Source: Geobacter sulfurreducens PCA
GTDB lineage: Bacteria > Desulfobacterota > Desulfuromonadia > Geobacterales > Geobacteraceae
Assembly (NCBI RefSeq): GCF_000007985.2
Contig: NC_002939.5
Location: 3,120,001-3,152,000 of the forward strand
Direction of reading: 5' to 3'
Length of the DNA stretch: 32,000 nucleotides
Part shown: positions 27,720 through 32,000 of the stretch, piece by piece
Layout of the letters: the number at the start of each line of letters is the position of its first letter
Numbering within the stretch: the first letter of the stretch is position 1
Translations under genes and position numbers: made by a program
Notes under the pieces: generated by a model
Told to the model about the DNA's origin: nothing
What the model saw: the letters and a program-made list of their open reading frames with translations, nothing else
Databases searched by the model: none

Positions 27720-28532
27720 CTAGAACGGCAGCAAATCCTTGGCGCGAAGCGTATCGACAAGAAGACATGCCGTCCCGGCAGGGTCCTTCTCGCCGTCACC
27801 GAGGATCTGTCCCTTTGCGCGCTCGGGTGAAAAGATCCTGCTGACCCAGGTTGGTGAGCCCTTGAGTCCAATGGAGGCAGAATCAAGCCGCAACACCTCG
27901 TTGTTCCAGACCTCCACCGCGCAGGAAGCCGCCATGAGCCGGGCAGGAACTGCGGGGTAGCGTGGCCGGTTGATCTCCCGCACCACCGTCAACATGGCAG
28001 GGATCGGTCCCTTAACCAGTTCGTACCGCCCCTCCAGCTTGCGGCGCACCTGGATCGTGCGGGCATCCATGTCGATGCCCTCGATGCGGTCCACCAGCGT
28101 AAGCTGGGTCATACCCAGACGGGTGGCGATGCCGGGCCCCACCTGCGCCGTATCGCCATCAATGGTCTGCTTCCCGCAAAGGACCAGCGCCACTTCGTCC
28201 TCTTCGGCAAGTTTGCGGATTGCGGCGGAGAGGACATTGCTCGTGGCGAGGGTGTCCGCCCCGCCGAAGGCGCGATCGGACAGCAGAATCGCCCGGTCAA
28301 CGCCAAGCGCCACTGCCTTGCGGATGGTTGCTTCGGCATTGGGCGGCCCCATGGAGATAGCGGCCACCCGAACGCCATAACGATCCTTGAGCCGCAGGCT
28401 TTCCTCCAGGGCGTGAGTATCGTAAGGATTGACGATAAATGGGATCCCCTCCCGCACCAGGGTATTGGTAACGGGATCGATCTGCACCTGAGTCGTGTCG
28501 GGTACCTGCTTCACACAACAGATAACGAGCAT
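27720..28532 (-). CDS. etfB: Electron transfer flavoprotein beta-subunit-like protein (FixA/bifurcating-type motifs), no adjacent etfA
   Basis: Same frame as ORF 27720-28577, trimmed to ATG 28532 with AGGAG 7 nt upstream; the track start at 28577 is a TTG. 270 aa: MLVICCVKQVPDTTQVQIDPVTNTLVREGIPFIVNPYDTHALEE...LSDRAFGGADTLATS...CGKQTIDGDTAQVGPGIA...IGLKGSPTWV... Confidence 0.85.
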   Translation of the reverse strand: MLVICCVKQVPDTTQVQIDPVTNTLVREGIPFIVNPYDTHALEESLRLKDRYGVRVAAISMGPPNAEATIRKAVALGVDRAILLSDRAFGGADTLATSNVLSAAIRKLAEEDEVALVLCGKQTIDGDTAQVGPGIATRLGMTQLTLVDRIEGIDMDARTIQVRRKLEGRYELVKGPIPAMLTVVREINRPRYPAVPARLMAASCAVEVWNNEVLRLDSASIGLKGSPTWVSRIFSPERAKGQILGDGEKDPAGTACLLVDTLRAKDLLPF

Positions 28533-28576
28533 GGCGGCACTCCTGGGTTCGCGGGGCGGCAATTCGATCTGCTTCA

Positions 28577-28605
28577 ATTAAAAAACATCTCACCACCCCG
28601 GTCAA
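28577..28605 (-). promoter_or_regulatory. Candidate sigma70-type promoter for etfB, overlapping the ygiQ stop codon
   Basis: The minus strand reads TTGACC (28605-28600), a 17-nt spacer, then TTTAAT (28582-28577). Pattern match only. Confidence 0.4.
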
Positions 28606-30419
28606 GTCCTTCCCGGCCGGAATCCGCTTCCGGACCGCCCCCCTCCTCCACCGGCCGCCCCCCCCAGAAGCTCACGAGCTACCGACTCCCTGCCACAAGC
28701 CCGCAAGGCATCGAGCACGTTACGCCGCTCGGTCGGCAGATGCCAGAGCAACAGGGCTTTCTGCAACCTCTTCTCCCGATCCCCCCGCGGCACGTGAACA
28801 GGCGCCCCGGCAAAAGGATCGAGCCCCGTGTGGTACATGCAGGTGGAAAGGGTTCCGGGGGTGGGAGTGAAATCCTGCACCTGCTCAACCCTCAGCCCCG
28901 CCCGTTTCAGGAACAGAGCGAGCTCGACCATATCATCCAGGGTGCAACCGGGATGACCTGACATGAGATAGGGTATGATGTACTGCTTTTTTCCGAGCCG
29001 GGCGGATTCGCGGCGGAAGCGTTCCAAGAAGCGGTCGAAGGACTCCTTGCCGGGCTTTCGCATGAGGTCGGTGACCCGCGCAACCATGTGCTCGGGGGCA
29101 ACCTTGAGCAATCCGCCCACGTGGTGGGCGACCAGCTCCCGGAAGTAGGCGGGTTGCCGCTCCATCAGATCGTAACGGATGCCCGAAGAAACCGCCACAT
29201 TCCGCACCCCCCGGACACCCCGCACCGCCCGCAGCAGAGCGGCTCCCCGCTCCCCGCCCACCGCCAGGTATCGACAGGGCGAGGGATAGAGACAGCTTTC
29301 CCGGCGGCACGCGTGACCGCCCCGGGTGTTGCCGCAGTGCACGCCGTACATGTTCGCGGTGGGCCCGCCCACGTCACTCACGCTCCCGCGGAACCAGGCC
29401 ATGGCGGCCATCCGCTCCACCTCGGCGAGCACCGAGCGTTCGCTGCGGGACTGGATGACCTTGCCCTGGTGGTGGGTAATGGCGCAGAAGGAGCACCCGC
29501 CGAAGCAACCACGGTGAGTAGTGACCGAGGCCCGGATCTGTTCGTAGGCGGGAATCGGCTCACCATGGGAGGGATGAGGCGCCCGCTGAAACGGGAGCGC
29601 ATAGACCGAGTCCAGTTCCGCTTCTTCCAGAGGATAGGCCGGAGGATTGCACAGGAGGGTCCGGTCGCCGTGCCGCTGCACCAGGGGGTGCGCACAGTGC
29701 GGATTCTGCTCGCGGGAAAGGAGGCGAAACGCCTCGGCGTAACGGTGACGGTCGGCGGCCACCTCTTCGAAGGGGGGAAGTTCCACAACTCCGGCAGGAG
29801 GCGCGGCACCACGGCCGAGAACGACCGCCGTCCCCCTGATGTCGGCAATGGCCTGGAACGGTTCGCCGGTGCGCACCCGGCGGGCCAGCTCCAGGATGGG
29901 GCGCTCGCCCATGCCATGGACGAGCAGGTCGGCCTTGGCGTCCAGCAGCAGCGAGCGGCGGACCTTGTCCTCCCAGTAGTCGTAGTGGGCAAAGCGCCGC
30001 AGGCTCGCTTCGATGCCGCCGATCACCACCGGCACGTCACGGTAGGCCTCTTTCAGCCGGGAGGTATAGACGATGGTGGCGCGATTGGGCCGGGCGCCGT
30101 GACGGTTGCCGGGGGTGTAGGCATCGTCGTGCCGGAGCTTCCTGGCGGGCGTGTAGTGGGCCACCATGGAATCCATGGCACCGGAGGAAACGGCAAAGAA
30201 GAGCCGGGGGCGCCCCAGCGCCATGAACGGCTCGCAGGAGCGCCAGTCCGGCTGGGGAATGATCCCGACGCGGAAACCGTGGAACTCGAGCCAGCGCGCC
30301 AGGAGCGGCACGCCAAAGGCGGGATGGTCCACGTAGGCGTCGCCGGTGACGAAGACGATGTCCAGCTCGTCCCAGCCGCGCTTCAGGGCTTCGCCGCGGG
30401 TGACAGGGAGAAACGACAT
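28602..30419 (-). CDS. ygiQ: YgiQ-family (UPF0313) radical SAM protein, function unknown
   Basis: 605 aa. The N-terminus [45 protein letters not shown]... resembles the YgiQ N-terminal domain. The radical SAM cluster motif CFGGCSFC (C305/C309/C312) is at nt 29484-29507. The C-terminal tail is Gly/Arg-rich ([20 protein letters not shown]). Confidence 0.8.
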   Translation of the reverse strand: MSFLPVTRGEALKRGWDELDIVFVTGDAYVDHPAFGVPLLARWLEFHGFRVGIIPQPDWRSCEPFMALGRPRLFFAVSSGAMDSMVAHYTPARKLRHDDAYTPGNRHGARPNRATIVYTSRLKEAYRDVPVVIGGIEASLRRFAHYDYWEDKVRRSLLLDAKADLLVHGMGERPILELARRVRTGEPFQAIADIRGTAVVLGRGAAPPAGVVELPPFEEVAADRHRYAEAFRLLSREQNPHCAHPLVQRHGDRTLLCNPPAYPLEEAELDSVYALPFQRAPHPSHGEPIPAYEQIRASVTTHRGCFGGCSFCAITHHQGKVIQSRSERSVLAEVERMAAMAWFRGSVSDVGGPTANMYGVHCGNTRGGHACRRESCLYPSPCRYLAVGGERGAALLRAVRGVRGVRNVAVSSGIRYDLMERQPAYFRELVAHHVGGLLKVAPEHMVARVTDLMRKPGKESFDRFLERFRRESARLGKKQYIIPYLMSGHPGCTLDDMVELALFLKRAGLRVEQVQDFTPTPGTLSTCMYHTGLDPFAGAPVHVPRGDREKRLQKALLLWHLPTERRNVLDALRACGRESVARELLGGAAGGGGGRSGSGFRPGRT

Positions 30420-30434
30420 GGCCGGAAGGCGCCG

Positions 30435-31475
30435 TCAGGGGACGAGCGCCAGCCCCTCCAGGCCGAGCCCTTCGGGCAGCCCGCACATGATGTTCATATT
30501 CTGCACCGCCTGCCCCGAGGCGCCCTTGACCAGGTTGTCGATGGCTGAAACCACGATGACCCTGCCGGTACGCTGATCCACGACCACTCCAATGTCACAG
30601 AAGTTAGAGCCGCGCACATGGGCGGTGGACGGCACACCGCCGGCGGGAAGGACCCGCACGAAGGGCTCGCCCCCGTAGAACTCGGCATAGAGCCCGGCTA
30701 GCTCGGCGGTAGTGGCGGGAGTGAGCAGCCTGCCGTAGATGGTGGAGAGAATCCCGCGATCCATGGGAGCAAGGTGGGGGGTAAAGGTGATAGTGATCCG
30801 CTCATCAGCCAGCAACGACAGCTCCTGCTCCATCTCGGGGGTATGGCGATGGACGCCGCCGACGCCGTAGGCCTTGAACCCCTCGTTGACCTCGCAGTAG
30901 AGATTGTCCACCTTGGCCCCACGCCCTGCCCCCGAAACACCGGAGGCCGAATCGGAGATGATGCCCGCCGTTTCGATAAGCTTATGCTTCAGGAGCGGTT
31001 GCAGCCCGAGAATCACGCTTGTGGGATAACAGCCGGGATTGGCCACGAGCTTGGCACCCTTGACGGCAGCCCGGCGCACTTCAGGCAGGCCGTAGACCGC
31101 CTTGGGCAGGAGGTGCGGATTCATGTGGGGCTCGTACCATTGCTCGTATGTGGCGGCATCGTTGAAGCGATAGTCGGCCGACAGGTCGATCACCCGCTTG
31201 CCGAGCTTCAGGAAGGTAGGAACCACTTCCATGGCCGCCTTGTGGGGCAGTGCCGTGAAGATGATGTCCGCTTTCTCCGCCACCCGGATCGGTTCGAGGT
31301 TTTCCAGCACCTGGGCGTAGCGCCCCCGCAGGGACGGAAACAGGTCGGACACGGGCTTGCCGGCGCTCTGCTCCGACGTGATGCAGGTGACCGCCACCTC
31401 CGGGTGACAATGGAGGATGCGCAGAAGTTCGACACCGGTATATCCGCTTGCTCCGACAACGGCTACTTTCAGCAT
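30435..31475 (-). CDS. argC: N-acetyl-gamma-glutamyl-phosphate reductase
   Basis: Same frame as ORF 30435-31565, trimmed to ATG 31475 ([21 protein letters not shown]..., Rossmann motif) with GGAAGGGGAG upstream. Contains the active-site context [14 protein letters not shown]. The longer track ORF would run through the rpsI terminator. Confidence 0.93.
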   Translation of the reverse strand: MLKVAVVGASGYTGVELLRILHCHPEVAVTCITSEQSAGKPVSDLFPSLRGRYAQVLENLEPIRVAEKADIIFTALPHKAAMEVVPTFLKLGKRVIDLSADYRFNDAATYEQWYEPHMNPHLLPKAVYGLPEVRRAAVKGAKLVANPGCYPTSVILGLQPLLKHKLIETAGIISDSASGVSGAGRGAKVDNLYCEVNEGFKAYGVGGVHRHTPEMEQELSLLADERITITFTPHLAPMDRGILSTIYGRLLTPATTAELAGLYAEFYGGEPFVRVLPAGGVPSTAHVRGSNFCDIGVVVDQRTGRVIVVSAIDNLVKGASGQAVQNMNIMCGLPEGLGLEGLALVP

Positions 31476-31525
31476 GGCACGCTCCCCTTCCTGGAGAAAT
31501 GAACGATGAACCGGAAACCTGAATA

Positions 31526-31556
31526 CGCAAAAGGGGAAAACCCGCAGGTTTTCCCC
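31526..31556 (-). terminator. Rho-independent terminator after rpsI
   Basis: The minus-strand RNA reads GGGGAAAACC-UGCG-GGUUUUCCCC (a perfect 10-bp stem, 31533-31556), followed by UUUUGCGUAUU. Confidence 0.8.
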
Positions 31557-31585
31557 TCTGTCCATCCGAAAACGGCGTAAGCCGA

Positions 31586-31978
31586 TTAACGCTTGGAGAA
31601 CTGGCAGCTTCTGCGAGCGGCCCGCTTGCCGTACTTTTTCCGCTCCTTGATGCGGGAGTCGCGGGTGATGAAGCCGGCCTTCTTCAGGGTGCCACGCAGG
31701 GCAACATCCACTTCCAGCAGGGCCTTGGTTATGCCGTGCTTGATGGCGCCGGCCTGACCGGAGTCACCGCCGCCCCTGACATTGACATAGATGTCGAAGG
31801 CGCCGACCTTCTCAACGAGCTCCAGGGGCTGCTTGACGATCATCTTGGAGGTCTCGCGACCGAAGTACTCGTCGATCGGCTTGTTGTTGATGACGATGGC
31901 GCCCGTGCCCGGCTTGAGCCAGACCCTTGCGACCGACGACTTGCGCTTACCCGTACCGTAGTAGCTGATTCCTGCCAT
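31586..31978 (-). CDS. rpsI: 30S ribosomal protein S9
   Basis: 130 aa: [42 protein letters not shown]...[23 protein letters not shown] lies upstream of the ATG at 31978. Confidence 0.97.
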   Translation of the reverse strand: MAGISYYGTGKRKSSVARVWLKPGTGAIVINNKPIDEYFGRETSKMIVKQPLELVEKVGAFDIYVNVRGGGDSGQAGAIKHGITKALLEVDVALRGTLKKAGFITRDSRIKERKKYGKRAARRSCQFSKR

Positions 31979-32000
31979 TCGTAATCTCCTGATGGTTCGT

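Noticed and set aside
27424-27768. A 114-aa minus-strand ORF and plus-strand ORFs (27286-27510, 27375-27830) over the tRNA cluster.
   Set aside because: They are composed of tRNA gene sequence and promoter spacer. No coding signal is present.
29088-30548. A 486-aa plus-strand ORF antisense to ygiQ, plus several minus-strand alternative-frame ORFs (29378-29992, 30037-30486).
   Set aside because: The region is very GC-rich, so off-frame stops are rare. The translations are Pro/Arg/Gly/Ala-rich nonsense, whereas the called frame carries the YgiQ N-terminal motif and CX3CX2C.
27720-31475. A compositional step as evidence for horizontal acquisition. Hand counts of single 60-nt lines give roughly 48-53% GC in spc-operon lines versus roughly 62-80% in etfB, ygiQ and argC lines.
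   Set aside because: The core gene argC shares the high GC. Lys-rich, highly expressed r-protein genes are normally GC-poorer than the genome mean. I found no integrase, direct repeats or tRNA-fragment scars. Genome-wide statistics would be needed.
31979-32000. A possible 3' end of rplM upstream of rpsI.
   Set aside because: Only 22 nt are available, and none of the three minus-strand frames has a stop codon in them. Nothing can be called from the window.

Overview
Core housekeeping DNA. Every supported gene is on the minus strand, forming one co-oriented translation/transcription supercluster. In transcription order (high to low coordinates):
- rpsI (the rplM-rpsI operon end) with a strong intrinsic terminator.
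- argC, a YgiQ-family radical SAM gene, and a lone etfB-like gene.
- A four-tRNA operon, Thr(TGT)-Tyr(GTA)-Gly(TCC)-Thr(GGT), then tuf copy 2.
- rpmG, tRNA-Trp, secE, nusG.
- rplK, rplA, rplJ, rplL, rpoB, rpoC.
- rpsL, rpsG, fusA, tuf copy 1.
- The S10 operon (rpsJ to rpsQ) and the spc operon (rplN to rplO), then the 5' part of secY.

I call 44 CDS, 5 tRNAs and several promoter, terminator or leader candidates. Protein sequences and synteny look Geobacter/Desulfuromonadales-like from memory. That cannot be verified without a database search.

I see no CRISPR array, mobile element, integrase, toxin-antitoxin or defence-like module. I do not think this window holds a convincing novel system.

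The only non-core cargo is the argC / ygiQ / orphan etfB segment (27.7-31.5 kb). Its unusual point is a bifurcating-type EtfB-like subunit with no adjacent EtfA, next to a radical SAM enzyme of unknown function.

Other observations are modest:
- Two tuf copies differ at 1 nt over 1203 nt.
- A structured L10-leader candidate lies upstream of rplJ.
- There are attenuator-like hairpins and a structured tRNA spacer.
- Three ribosomal proteins are zinc-ribbon forms.
- TTG/GTG starts are frequent.

The many long plus-strand ORFs in the track are antisense shadows of real genes.
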